Shown here in pieces: positions 14,831 through 29,116 of a stretch of 64,000 bases of DNA. Every line of letters begins with the position of its first letter. Within the stretch, counting starts at the first letter, position 1. The position numbers were made by a program, and so were the translations under genes. The stretch comes from Eledone cirrhosa (Eukaryota), in NCBI GenBank assembly GCA_964016885.1, contig OZ024743.1:357058001-357122000 (forward strand). The letters run 5' to 3'. Below the pieces are notes generated by a model, which ran no database searches, was not told the DNA's origin, and saw only the letters and a program-made list of their open reading frames with translations.

Positions 14831-15494
14831 CTAGTGTCTATCTATTCCATTCACTGTCTTTCCTCTCTTTTCCTCTCCTTGTCTTTCACTATGTCACACA
14901 ACTCTCCTCACGTTCTCCTTGTTTCCTTCTCCCTTCCCTCTCACCATCATTAAGTCCCCCTTTCCCTATCACTATTCTCTTAGTCTCTCTACTTCTGCTC
15001 CAGCTCTGACTGTCTCCTCTTGCTATTTATCTTCACTGCCTTTCTAGTCTACTTCCTCCCCTTCCTCTCATAAATTGAGCTCACGTGACTAAATCACTTC
15101 CTCTATTCCAGTTTCAAGTGTCGACTTACCTTTCCGATGACTTCCTGTGTTGTTATCCTGCCTTTGTTTACAACCGGTGGCAGTGTGTGGTAGTGATGTG
15201 ATGGTGGGGGTAATGATGCGGTGATGGTGGCTGTCTCACATTTACCCCCTCTCCCTCGTACACACAACTTGCCTATCTATTACACTGCCCATTCACTCAT
15301 ACATACACACACTGGTTTATTTACAAACTTCCTCGAAATAAGAGTGTGAGTGTAGGTCCTTACTTGCCTGTTACTCTGGGTCTCGAGTATAACTTGAATA
15401 TGAGAAGAGTTAACAATTTGCCATTAAAGCAAATGGATTCTTTGTGGATAGTAGGTTAGGATAGCATAATCAGTAAAGGCATAGAATAGGGTGG

Positions 15495-16080
15495 GGTAGT
15501 GGATTGGTAGAATCGATAGAGCGTCGGATAATATAAATGTTTTGCGGTATTGAGTTACGCCTCTTTACATTTTGGTTTCGAATCTCGTCTAGGTCAACTT
15601 TCTCTTACATTTTTCAGGATTGAATAAATAAAACGCCAGATATATAAATGAAGTCGATATAATCAGTTGTTTAACCTCCGCAATATATTTGGCCTTGGGG
15701 CCGATAAAATAAAGCACCAGTAATGCACTGGGGTCGATTACATCGACTTATCCCTCTACTAAAATTGCTGGCCTTGTGCCTAAATCAGAAACCAATATGT
15801 TTGGCCTTGTGGTAGTACTTAGAAATCATGGCCTTTCATCCTTACGGGGTCGATAAAATAAAGTACCAGTAATGCACTGGGTAATTGCTGGCCTTGTGCC
15901 TAAAGTAGAAACAATTATTATCATTTCACTCATCACTCTTCCAGCAATTGACCTGTTCGTAATAATATTGTATAATTTCCTAAGTTAACCTCGGCGGGAT
16001 TTGAACTCAGATCATAAAGGGACCTAACTATGCTGGAAAGCATGGTGTCCGACCCTCCACCGATACTGCCAATCCGCCAA
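15495..16080. mobile_element. Cluster of tRNA-derived SINE copies and fragments
   Basis: Plus-strand copies at 15495-15920; a minus-strand head at 15982-16080. Confidence 0.7.
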
Positions 16081-16145
16081 TCCAGTAAATAATGAACTGG
16101 CGAGGTGACAGTACAACCCTTGGCGGAATCCGACTCCCACAATAA

Positions 16146-16290
16146 ATGGTTTCGATTTAACACCATTTATCCGAACTTGGGCATTAATGTAGAGACATCA
16201 GGGCAGCAAGGAGCTGACCATTGATCCTATACTCCTGCTGAACCTTCCACAGCAAGTCCCGAGGAACGTGGTCATATGCTTTTTCAAGGT
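16146..16290 (-). mobile_element. LINE (RTE-like) reverse transcriptase fragment
   Basis: Minus-strand translation LEKAYDHVPRDLLWKVQQEYRINGQLLAALMSL..AQVRINGVKSKPF. Confidence 0.75.
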
Positions 16291-16417
16291 AAAATCGACG
16301 CAGTAAATTGACTATTGAATGCTAGTGAAAAAACAGCAACATTATTACCACTAAATCCCCTCCCTAAAAATTACTGGATTTGTGCCTATATAAGAAACCA
16401 TTATTAAATACATATTG

Positions 16418-16633
16418 AGGGTGGACTGGCAGTATCGGTAGAGGCCCGGACGCCATGCTTTGCAGCATAGAGTTACGGCCCTTTATGATCTGAGTTCAAA
16501 TCCCGCCGGGGTTAACTTTGCCTTTCATCCTTACGGAGTCAATAAAATACCAGTCACGCACTGGGTCGAATTAATCGACCCCCCACCCCCCCCCAAAAAA
16601 TGCCTGGCCTTGTGATTATATAAGAAACCATTA
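16418..16633 (+). mobile_element. tRNA-derived SINE
   Basis: A and B boxes plus the family core. Confidence 0.8.
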
Positions 16634-17637
16634 TTACCACTAAATCATTATTGTTAGTCATGTTAAATATTTTACCTTCAACTTTCCGCTCTATATTTAT
16701 TTTGGTTTGCTTCACTTCAATAACAGGACGTTTAACCTCTTTTTTTTTTTTTTTTACTGAGGGTGCTGTTAAATATGATGCCAAATAAGATTGATAGAGA
16801 CAAACTTCGTGACAGCGGCAGATTTAGATTTTGTAATACAGATAAAGTATTTTTGATGGAAGGCCTGAATGCAAGAGATTATAACAATAAAAAGCACGCG
16901 GTTCTTGACAAAAATGGATAGAAAGTGTGTTTTTTAAAACCAGAGGTTTTCAGACCTCTGATATTGGCGACAAAATTCTTGAAAATAAAATTTTTTGTTA
17001 CATTAAATTAACGAAATCAATAAATACAGAATTAAATACCACATCACGTGTCATCAGTCACGTGTCTAACTGCACGCAGAGATGTGGCAATTCAAATATA
17101 CTTCAAAGCAAAAGTATTTGTAAAAATTGATCGGATTTGACTCAGTTTCATGACATATCTACAGATTATCGGCGACACACAGTTTGGAGATATCTGCTTT
17201 AAGTAAAGGTTAGAAGTTTCCAAAATACACGTTCATACGCACATATATAGTCGTCCGAATACCGAAGAGTATAATGATAGTTGAGCACAATAAATAAAAG
17301 TCGAAAAAGTGGGTTAAGTACCCCTGGAAACGGAAAAAGTCGACAGAATCTGGGAATTGAACCACTCATTTCTCGTGGTTTAAAAGTGGTAACAACCTCA
17401 CTATACATAACACGGATAGACGTTGATATTAAGGTGTACGTGTGATCTTTAACGCAAGAGTAGTAAGGTTTAGCAGTGGTCTGCATCGTAGCTATGTATA
17501 ACATATTGTAATTAGAGTGACTCTGCTAACTGCCACACTCTCTACAAAAGGTAACTTTGGGATTTTTGACTGGGCTAGTGGTGCAGTGTGGTCCTTAGCA
17601 ACAGTTTTGTGGTCTACTGCGAGTTTATATCTTTTGA

Positions 17638-18103
17638 AGGCGGTGGATTGGCAGTATCGGTAGAGGGTCTGACGCCATGCTTTGAAGCATAGAGTTACGG
17701 CCCTTTACAGTATGAGTTCAAATCCCGCCAAGGTTAACTTTGCCTTTCATCCTTACGGGGTCGATAATTGCTGGTCTTATGTCAAAAGTAGAAACAATTT
17801 GCTGTATAAAGAAATTGAAAGTGAATTTATTTTTGGTGAATCATTCTGAAAAAAGGTTGTACAGCACTCAACTAGGGTGCAATGTTGGCATACAATATAG
17901 GTTCGTCTCTTTGAGATTTTTAGTATAGGCACAAGGCCAGTAATTTGCGGGGATGGGAAAGTAGATTCAATCTACTCCAGTACGTAACTGGTGCTTTATT
18001 TTATCGACCCCGGCGGGATTTGAACTCATACCGTAAAGGGCCGTAAATCTATGCAGCAAAGTAGGGTGTCCGACTCTCTACCGATACTGCCATTCCACCG
18101 CCC
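17638..18103. mobile_element. Inverted pair of tRNA-derived SINEs
   Basis: Plus copy at 17638-17800; minus copy at 17925-18103. Confidence 0.8.
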
Positions 18104-18254
18104 TATTGCTGGATAAATAATTCAAACTGTTTATCTCGTTTAAATCTCTTTACGATCATCTTTGATTTTTATCTTCACGGTATCGATAAAATAAACTGTG
18201 CTGCATGCTAGAAATGTTTATGAATATTGTCTTTAACTCTTCTTTGGTTTCTTT

Positions 18255-18294
<40 letters not shown>

Positions 18295-18295
<1 letters not shown>

Positions 18296-18738
18296 GATAT
18301 TAAATTCATGGAAACTATATTTATAAAACCATATTTATTTCATTATATATATTTCAGGGATATCATATTAAAAATATGGTATGCCTTCATCAGACAAAAT
18401 ACAATATAAACAGTCTTATAAATAGATAGATTTGACATATCTTACAACTTCAACTTCCATTTAAAAAGTTGACTTTTTTTTAAATGGAAGTTGAAGTTGT
18501 AAGGTATGTCAAATCTATCTATTTATAAGACTGTTTATATTGTATTTTGTCTGATGAAGGCATACCATATTTTTAATATGATATCCCTGAAATATATATA
18601 ATGAAATAAATATGGTTTTATAAATATAGTTTCCATTTATTTAATATCGTAAATATACTCCAAATACTTGTTGAGTGCTTTTATATCAGTTATAAATATT
18701 TACTCGTTGTAACCCAACAATTTAAATAAAACTTTGCA
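18295..18738 (+). mobile_element. 5'-truncated copy of the same PLE family: inverted pLTR pair plus tail, with a hammerhead in each arm
   Basis: Arms 18295-~18467 and ~18477-18649 are reverse complements. The right arm plus tail is highly similar to ~28810-29068. CTGATGA at 18551, GAAA at 18589. (TA)n flanks. Confidence 0.88.
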
Positions 18739-19180
18739 TATATATATATATATATATATATAATAAAAAAAAAGCTTAACATTTTACAACTGTGAGTAAT
18801 TTAGTATGATGCAAACTCTAGAACTATGTGCTAAAAGACAGCTTAAAGTTTAAAAGAATGGAGACACTCCACACCTATTTTTCAAAGGTTTTCTTTTAGC
18901 TTCATTTTTTAACTCGTCTCTCTGTTTCTTTCTTTTTGCCCCTCTTTATATATATATATATTATATTAGATATTAATTAAATAATGATAATAATAACGAA
19001 GGCAAGTTATTTTACATATTCATTTCATTGTTTTACGATTGTTTCGGAGGTTTGATCATATTGATATATCTATAGCAGTTAGAGAACTGTATACTATCAG
19101 ACATCATATATAGGTTCGATCAGGCCGTCTTCTTCTGAAACAATGAAGTTAGAATCTTTATTGTTAGTATATAATCAGTA

Positions 19181-19232
<52 letters not shown>

Positions 19233-19234
<2 letters not shown>

Positions 19235-19654
19235 AGGAGGTTATAGTTCACTTGAAGCATTGTGTAATGAGGTATAAACGTTTGAATATGTGTAATAAAG
19301 CCAAAACAATGCAGGTATGGACATAGAAAAAAGAATGCAATAGTAAAAGATATTGTTGAGAATTCGTCCTTTACCTTGAATTTATTTAAATGTCCTTAAT
19401 TTTCGAGATAATATCTCTTCTTCGGAGGGAAATAAAGGTCTCAAACCAGCGCCTTGCTTGGCTAGAGATTTAAGGCGCTGGTTTGAGACCTTTATTTCCC
19501 TCTGAAGAAGAGATATTATCTCGAAAATTAAGGACATTTAAATAAATTCAAGGTAAAGGACGAATTCTCAACAATATCTTTTACTATTGCATTCTTTTTT
19601 CTATGTCCATACCTGCATTGTTTTGGCTTTATTACACATATTCAAACGTTTATA
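19233..19654 (-). mobile_element. Hairpin PLE remnant (second family) with hammerhead
   Basis: 183-bp inverted arms at 19273-19455 and 19472-19654; 40-nt tail at 19233-19272. cct-CTGAAGA-a-gagata-t-tatctc-GAAA-at-TA-agg at 19499-19533. (TA)n flanks. Confidence 0.8.
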
Positions 19655-20118
19655 TATATATATATATATACATAATTACATAAACGGAGAAAGCTAATAG
19701 CGATATTCCGACCAATTTCCAACTCACTCAACAAACATTAAGAAATACCGGAGTATATTCCCAATTAACCGTTTGGAGTGCTAACTATATTGTATTGTGT
19801 GGATAATTGGCTGTATTATTTTGTATGAGAAATATTAAAGATCTCATTTCCCAAACGAATCGTTTCATTGTAAGATTTCTACATTGTGGGTGAAATTATA
19901 CCAAGTTATGTAGAGACTTGTGTAAGATCAATGGATTCTTATGCAAGTGGGCTCTTACAAATCTTCAGTGGGTGCCCAATAATATTTATATTAATAACTA
20001 AATCTACATCAATATTTAGCGATAATCACCATCAGTGCTAGAAGGAGCTGTTAGGTTGTAACCCCAGCAGTTCGAAAGAAAATCTCACACTGTCCCCAAA
20101 ATGGGAGGAGGAGGCTAC

Positions 20119-21716
<1,598 letters not shown>

Positions 21717-21717
<1 letters not shown>

Positions 21718-22328
21718 TGGTGGCTGCCAACTCGTTTTCGAGTACGGCCACTACTTTATATCCATGTAGGAGAACCCCTACGGATGCGCTGAACGAGTGT
21801 GACTTTTTAGTCCAGCCAGCGATTTGAAAACTCTGGTACAAACACTACACTTTTGACAATTATTGACACATAGTGCTGGGCCCATGGTACCATCTGACGA
21901 CAAGTGCAGAGAGATCTCCAGATATAAAGCAATGCCTGTGCCGTGAAGCTTTTATAGTGAGCAAAGGCACTGCACAAAGCCAGTCCCACTCTCTTAAACA
22001 AGATGATATGTACCAAAAAGAAGAACAAGTCAACATCATTGGATACCATCAGGGTTGCAGGTGTTATATCAGAGTTTTCCTTCTCCTAGAATTCTGCCTT
22101 GACAAAGGCTAAGGGGTCATCTCTCCCGGTGATTTTGGATGGCCATTGACTCTTAAGAGCTCCTTTGCCCTTTGACAGGTTTTGTTTTTAGTCCTGCAGG
22201 ATGTCCAAAGTCACCCTCCTCACCAAGAAACCTTGGTGGGGTTGCCAGTTTAGTCGCCAACGACCCGACCATGAGACAGGTTGTACTGGGATACATGTTA
22301 CCAGTAGCACCAACTGGTGACCTGACAT
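21717..22328 (-). mobile_element. ~610-bp dispersed non-coding repeat, copy 1 (RTE 5'UTR-like non-autonomous element)
   Basis: Near-identical to 41021-41631 and 57175-57810, with matching ends. Contains ctaggagaaggaaaactctga on the minus strand. Strand is inferred. Confidence 0.75.
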
Positions 22329-22372
22329 ATATATATATATATATATATATACATATGTATATATATATATAC

Positions 22373-22429
<57 letters not shown>

Positions 22430-22464
22430 CATATATATACGTATATATATATATATATATATAC

Positions 22465-22540
<76 letters not shown>

Positions 22541-22544
22541 CTAT

Positions 22545-22910
22545 TTAAGGCGGGTAAAATTCCCGAGATCCATGGACGAGTTCTCTCCAGCGGTCTCTGT
22601 CCCTCATTATCGCTGCCATATCCTGCATCTCCAACAGACCAGTGTCTGTCCTTAGGGCATCAACATATGTTAACCTTGGTCTTCCCCTTCTAGTGTGTCC
22701 ATGTAGGGTCTCTTCATTGCTGTAGTGGAGTCTGTGCTGCTGTGTGGGTCTGAGACTTGGACACTGACCAAGAAACTCACTCAGATGGTGGATGGGTGCT
22801 ACACGAGAATGCTGAGGATGGCTCTGAACATTAATCAGTATACACTGAGGAGGAAAAATACTCAGAGCTGTATGGGAGCATCCCAAAAGTCAGCTCAAAA
22901 GTGACACAGA
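22545..22910 (-). mobile_element. RTE-clade LINE 3' end with inverted 5' part
   Basis: Minus 22545-22710 encodes [32 protein letters not shown]. Plus 22711-22910 encodes [54 protein letters not shown]. Confidence 0.85.
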
Positions 22911-23045
<135 letters not shown>

Positions 23046-23064
23046 TATATACATATATATATAC

Positions 23065-23107
<43 letters not shown>

Positions 23108-23203
23108 TATATGTATCTATATATATGTATCTATATATATGTATCTATATATATGTATCTATATATATGTATCTATATATATGTGTATATATATATGTGT
23201 GTG

Positions 23204-23234
<31 letters not shown>

Positions 23235-23242
23235 CTATCTAT

Positions 23243-23570
23243 CTAAGGCGGGTAAAATTCCCGAGATCCATGGACGAGTTCTCTCCAGCGGTCTCTGTCC
23301 CTCATTATCGCTGCCATATCCTGCATCTCCAACAGACCAGTGTCTGTCCTTAGGGCATCAACATATGTTAACCTTGGTCTTCCTCTTCTAGTATGTCCAT
23401 GTAGGGGCTCTCAAAGGAGAACTGAGTGCAATGTCAACTCTGGATGTCGGTGAGCATGTCCAGCCAACCTCAGTCTCCTCTGTGTCACTTTTGAGCTGAC
23501 TTTTGGGATGCTCCCATACAGCTCTGAGTTTTTCATCCTCAGTGTATACTGATTAATGTTCAGAGTCATG
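23243..23570 (-). mobile_element. RTE-clade LINE 3' fragment
   Basis: [31 protein letters not shown]...[10 protein letters not shown]; same family as 22545-22910. Confidence 0.85.
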
Positions 23571-23586
23571 TATATATATATATATA

Positions 23587-23901
23587 CAAAATTAAGATAA
23601 ATCAAACGAATTTAATCTAAATCAAAATTATGGGTGTCATGCCAGAAAGACATGCGCCATATCACCCGCAAAATAAGCTCTAAGATTCTAACGAGTAGGT
23701 CCGAGCATTTTATAATAACTAGAAATTGATTAACATATAAATAAACATAAAGATTAATCATATTATAAGGTATCTATTTTTGAAGTTCTGGTCAACTTTA
23801 TTTAGTTACCTACCTAGCTATGTGTGGTTCCACACTTGTAAAAATTATCTCCTGTGCTTATTCATGTTTATTTATATATTAATCAATTTCTAGTTATTAT
23901 A
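23587..23901 (-). mobile_element. Inverted-arm plus tail element in (TA)n, likely a PLE remnant
   Basis: 38-bp arms at 23711-23748 and 23864-23901; tail on the left. Confidence 0.5.
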
Positions 23902-23984
23902 TATATGAAGGCGGTGGATTGGCGGTGGATTGGCATTGGAAAATTTGAAATGCATGCGTTCCAACTATTCATTATTACCATTAT

Positions 23985-24169
23985 TGTGGATTGGCAGTAT
24001 GGGTAGAGGGTCAGACGCCATGCTTTGACGCATAGAGTTACGGCCCTTGCCATTCTGAATTCAAATCCCGCCGAGGTTAACTTTGCCTTTCATCCTTACG
24101 GGGTCGATAAAATAAAGTACCAGTAATGTACTGGGTAATTGCTGGCCTTGTGCCTAACGTAGAAACAAT

Positions 24170-24170
<1 letters not shown>
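23985..24170 (+). mobile_element. tRNA-derived SINE
   Basis: Near-identical to 1643-1828. Confidence 0.85.
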
Positions 24171-24202
<32 letters not shown>

Positions 24203-24221
24203 GTATATATATATACATATG

Positions 24222-24308
<87 letters not shown>

Positions 24309-24332
24309 GTATGTATATATATATATATATAC

Positions 24333-24393
<61 letters not shown>

Positions 24394-24635
24394 TAAACGG
24401 AAAAGAAAATGCTGACAAATTGTTCACAGTGAAAAATAGTTTAATTAGGAATAAGTGAGAATTAGTAATAGGATTATTTAGTATTCAGTTTTACCGGTTG
24501 CGCATTTCTAATGCCTTTCAAAAATAATTTTGAGATAGAGCGTCCGTGATGTTTGCTCTGATCTATATAAAAAACATGAGAATTTTTATATATAATTTTT
24601 ATATTATATGTGTGTGTGTATGTATATATATATAT

Positions 24636-24677
<42 letters not shown>

Positions 24678-25167
24678 CACCACTCACTTTGCTTCCTTCG
24701 CCCTCGAATTTCTTCTCTCCCTGTCTCTTCCTTCTTTCTTCATCTATATTTTCTCCAGTCGTCATCCACTTTTCCAATTTGCTTTATCTTCATGACTCTC
24801 CTTCTTTGTCTTCTTATCTTCTTGTCTCTATATTTCCTTTTCCTTGTATCACCTATCACTCCTCCATTCATCCTATTCTCTATACCCCCCCCCTCTCTTT
24901 TTCTCGGTGTTCCTTCTATTTTATCTTCCCTTCGTTGTTATCCTCCTCCTCTCCCTTCCCCTTCATACCTCTCATTACTTCCGTTGCTTGTTGTTACATT
25001 ATCTATTTCCTCCGCTCTTTCCTCCCATTTCTACCTCCCCTCTTTCACATAACACTTTCTCATCCCCTCACCCTCACTGCCTCTAGTCTCCTGTTTACCA
25101 GACGACCACTTATCCTTTGTCGTCTGCGTCTTACATTCCGTCACTCGTTAATGGTGTATTTATATAT

Positions 25168-25640
25168 TAATGATTTCTACTTTAGGCACAAGGCCAGCAA
25201 ATTGTGGGGAGGGGCAAGTCGATTAAACCGACCTAGTATATAACTGGTACTTTATTTCATCGACGTCGAAAGGATGAAAGGTAAAGTTGACTTCGACCGG
25301 ATACCCCGCTCTTTGGTGTATATATATATAATTGTTTCTTCTGTTGGCACAAAGCCAGCAATTATCTCAGTGTATTACTGGTACTTTATTTTATCGACCC
25401 CGTAAGGATGAAAGGCAAAGTTAACCTCGGCGAGATTTAAACTGAGACCATAAAGAGCCGTAACTCTTTGCTGCGTGGTGTCAGACCCTCTACCGATACT
25501 GCCAATCCAACAAGCTATAATAATGGTTTAATATATAGGCACAAGGCCAGCAATTTTGGGGGAGGGGAAAGTTGATTAAATCGACCCTAGTGCGTGACTG
25601 GTACTTTATTAAGGCAAAGTTAACCTTGGTGGGATTTTCT
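25168..25640 (-). mobile_element. Three tRNA-derived SINE copies or fragments
   Basis: Minus-strand family sequence at 25168-25290, 25330-25510 and 25520-25640. Confidence 0.75.
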
Positions 25641-26053
25641 ATAATAATAGTTGATCACTAGAATTAATTGTTGAAAAAACAGAGCCAACTACCTCTGGCC
25701 ACGGAAACAATTCGATAGAGACGACTGCAGGGAATCGAACCACGCATCTTTCGTGGTTCCGTTCCCTGCAGGGTGATTTTATGAAAGGCCAGCAGTCACC
25801 CATGCATACCAGTCTCCCCCTTTCACACCTCCGATGACACCCAAGAGAAAAGCAAAGGCCGATACAGCTTGGCATCAGTGACGTCGCATCTCATTTCTAC
25901 AGCAGAGTAAACTGGAGCAATGTGAAATAAAGTGTCTTGCTCAAGGCCACAACGCATCACTCGCTCCGGGAATCGAACCTACAACTATACGATTATGAAT
26001 CCAACTCCCTAACCACTAAGCCAAACACCTTCACTTTTACACATAAACGCGCT

Positions 26054-26156
<103 letters not shown>

Positions 26157-26182
26157 CTATATATATGCACGCGCGCGCACTG

Positions 26183-26214
<32 letters not shown>

Positions 26215-26298
26215 ATATATATAAGTTAGACGGCCTGGGCCAATACTGGCCGAAACCTATCAAAGTTAAGTTATATATATATATATATGAGTGTGTGT

Positions 26299-26354
<56 letters not shown>

Positions 26355-26387
26355 ACTTAATTTATATGTATCTCGAATATATTTCTA

Positions 26388-26520
26388 GGCGCTGAGCTGG
26401 CCAGCCGCAGGTGTGAGCCCCGCGTGTTGGAGTGGCTTTTCCACCGCCTTTCCCTTGCCGTCCTCCAGGGAAACGCCTTCTCCATTCTGTCCGCCGGGGC
26501 TGTGGGTTGTCCCATCGCGT
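26388..26520 (+). mobile_element. CRE-like non-LTR retrotransposon 3' coding fragment
   Basis: EPRVLEWLFHRLSLAVLQGNAFSILSAG; homologous to 12156-12285. Confidence 0.65.
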
Positions 26521-27064
26521 ATCATTCCATATTTAAGTATGGTCGACATTTTAATATGATGATTGTGTATAAAATTGACTCAATTACCTCTTCCAACAGT
26601 ATCTGTGATATTTGGGTTTGAGAAACTTCGCATTTAATCCACTGAAGTCGATGTAGAATCTTGTTTCGTTTTAGTCTTTTTTGTTTTAAATAGCCCAAAC
26701 GAAATATATGGAATATGCAACAATAAAGTTATTTATGGATTCTTCTAGTGTGCATACGAAGTGTTAAAGCTGACTTCACTCTCAAATATAACTCCTTCTC
26801 CTCCTCCTCTTTCTCATGGCACACTACGCTAAACCTACTAAGTCTCTGATGACAGACGACAGACCAAATCTAGCAGACCCACGACTTGTCATTTTCGAGC
26901 AGAGATGGTAATGATAATGATGATGATGGAAGTGATGGGAGTGTAGGGATGAAATTGATGTGGGTGATGGCGAGATAGATAAGAGACATTAGTGATTAGC
27001 AAAAGTTCGGTTGGTGTGTCGCCATTAGACTGCCTTGGTAATACACGCAAACACACACACACAC

Positions 27065-27113
<49 letters not shown>

Positions 27114-27361
27114 ATTACACACGTACACCACTTATTACACACGCACACCACTTATTACACACGCACACCCACATATACAAACAACAGCCATTACTACACA
27201 TACGCCACAAAACCACTCACGAAATAAGCATACACACAGATCTCACAAGCTTCACTCAATCTATACATATAGTAAACGTTACAACATATAGAAAACATGA
27301 AGAGAACAACAAAAAATACCAGCAGCAGCAGCCTTGTTTGGCGATACGAAACATCTGTTTT

Positions 27362-27444
<83 letters not shown>

Positions 27445-27453
27445 ATTAAATAA

Positions 27454-27917
27454 CAATATTAAATAAATGGAAAACTACATTTATAAAACCATATTTATTT
27501 CATTATATATATTTCGGGGATATCATATTAACAATATGCTATGCCTTCATCAGACAAAATACAATATAAACAGTTTTATAGATAAATATATTCGACATAC
27601 CGTAATAAACATCGACTTCATTTGAAGAGGTTTACGCTAGCAGTGAAAATTTTATACAGAGAGAAAGAAAGAGAAAAAGAAAGAAAGACAAAACGAAGAA
27701 AAAGAAGAAAAAGAAAAAGAAAAAGAAGAAATGCAGAAATGCATGGAACAAAATAGAGAGATGGAAAAATAGATAAAGCGAAGAGCTTCATGTAAAGAAA
27801 CAGAAAGATATATATATATATATATAGAGAGAGAGAGGAAATAGAGATAGATACATATATATATATAGAAAATTAGGTAGTGGGAGGTCATTTTGAGTAA
27901 GTGTATCAATGATACAT

Positions 27918-27948
<31 letters not shown>

Positions 27949-28006
27949 GCTCAAGCATTAATGTAAGGGAGATATATATATAGAGAGAGAAAAAAATTTA
28001 AAAATA
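27454..28006 (-). repeat. Inverted partial pseudo-LTR at the 5' end of the PLE
   Basis: Reverse complement of 28382-28977. Lacks the terminal ~93 nt tail. Confidence 0.92.
27496..27561 (-). ncRNA. Hammerhead ribozyme in inverted pLTR
   Basis: Reverse complement of the pLTR hammerhead (tttc at 27512, tcatcag ending 27553). Confidence 0.7.
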
Positions 28007-28439
28007 TTTTTATTTTTAGTTTTGTTTATAATATAATATATATTTTTTTATTAGTATATTGAAATCTGCTCTCTATTTCTGCTTGATAGATAATCTTGTA
28101 GAGTAATCGCAGGAATAATAATACGCTCAAATTTTTATACCACATTGAGAATGTTTTCCGGTAATTTAGAGTTTGCAGGGTGAATCAGTTGGATTCACAT
28201 GGATGTTTGTAGCTGTCACATAAACATATGAATTTTATAAAACTAAACATAAGATAATGAATTTTCACACATTGTGGATACTTGTTTCATTCAGGAATAC
28301 TGATATTTACAATGTAGTGTAAGTTTTATAAATACTAATACATTAAAACATAGGGTTTTCTACGCCTCGAATATGTCTGGCTATTTTTAAATTTTTCTCT
28401 CTCTATATATATATATCTCCCTTACATTAATGCTTGAGC

Positions 28440-28478
<39 letters not shown>

Positions 28479-29070
28479 ATGTATCATTGATACACTTACT
28501 CAAAATGACCTCCCACTACCTAATTTTCTATATATATATATGTATCTATCTCTATTTCCTCTCTCTCTATATATATATATATATCTTTCTGTTTCTTTAC
28601 ATGAAGCTCTTCGCTTTATCTATTTTTCCATCTCTCTATTTTGTTCCATGCATTTCTGCATTTCTTCTTTTTCTTTTTCTTTTTCTTTTTCTTTTTCTTT
28701 TTCTTTTTCTTTTTCTTCTTTTTCTTCCTTTTCTTCGTTTTGTCTTTCTTTCTTTTTCTCTTTCTTTCTCTCTGTATAAAATTTTCACTGCTAGCGTAAA
28801 CCTCTTCAAATGAAGTCGATGTTTATTACGGTATGTCGAATATATTTATCTATAAAACTGTTTATATTGTATTTTGTCTGATGAAGGCATAGCATATTGT
28901 TAATATGATATCCCCGAAATATATATAATGAAATAAATATGGTTTTATAAATGTAGTTTTCCATTTATTTAATATTGTAAATATACTCCAAATATTTGTC
29001 GAGTGCTTTTATATCAGTTATAAATATTTACTAGTTGTAACCCAACAATTTTTAAATATAACTTTACATG
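28007..29070 (+). repeat. 5' pseudo-LTR of the PLE (direct repeat)
   Basis: Near-identical to 32095-33122; the differences are mainly microsatellite length. Confidence 0.92.
28870..28935 (+). ncRNA. Type I hammerhead ribozyme in 5' pLTR
   Basis: tattttgt-CTGATGA-stem II (catatt/aatatg)-GAAA-tatata-TA-atgaaata. Stem I pairs with G-U wobble; stem III is palindromic. Confidence 0.75.
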
Positions 29071-29116
29071 TATCTTGCTCCAATACTGTTGAGCGCTTTA
29101 TATTATAACTGGAAAA

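Noticed and set aside
19038-19140. Additional hammerhead on the minus strand
   Set aside because: The core reads CAGAAGA and the stems are irregular; too degenerate to call.
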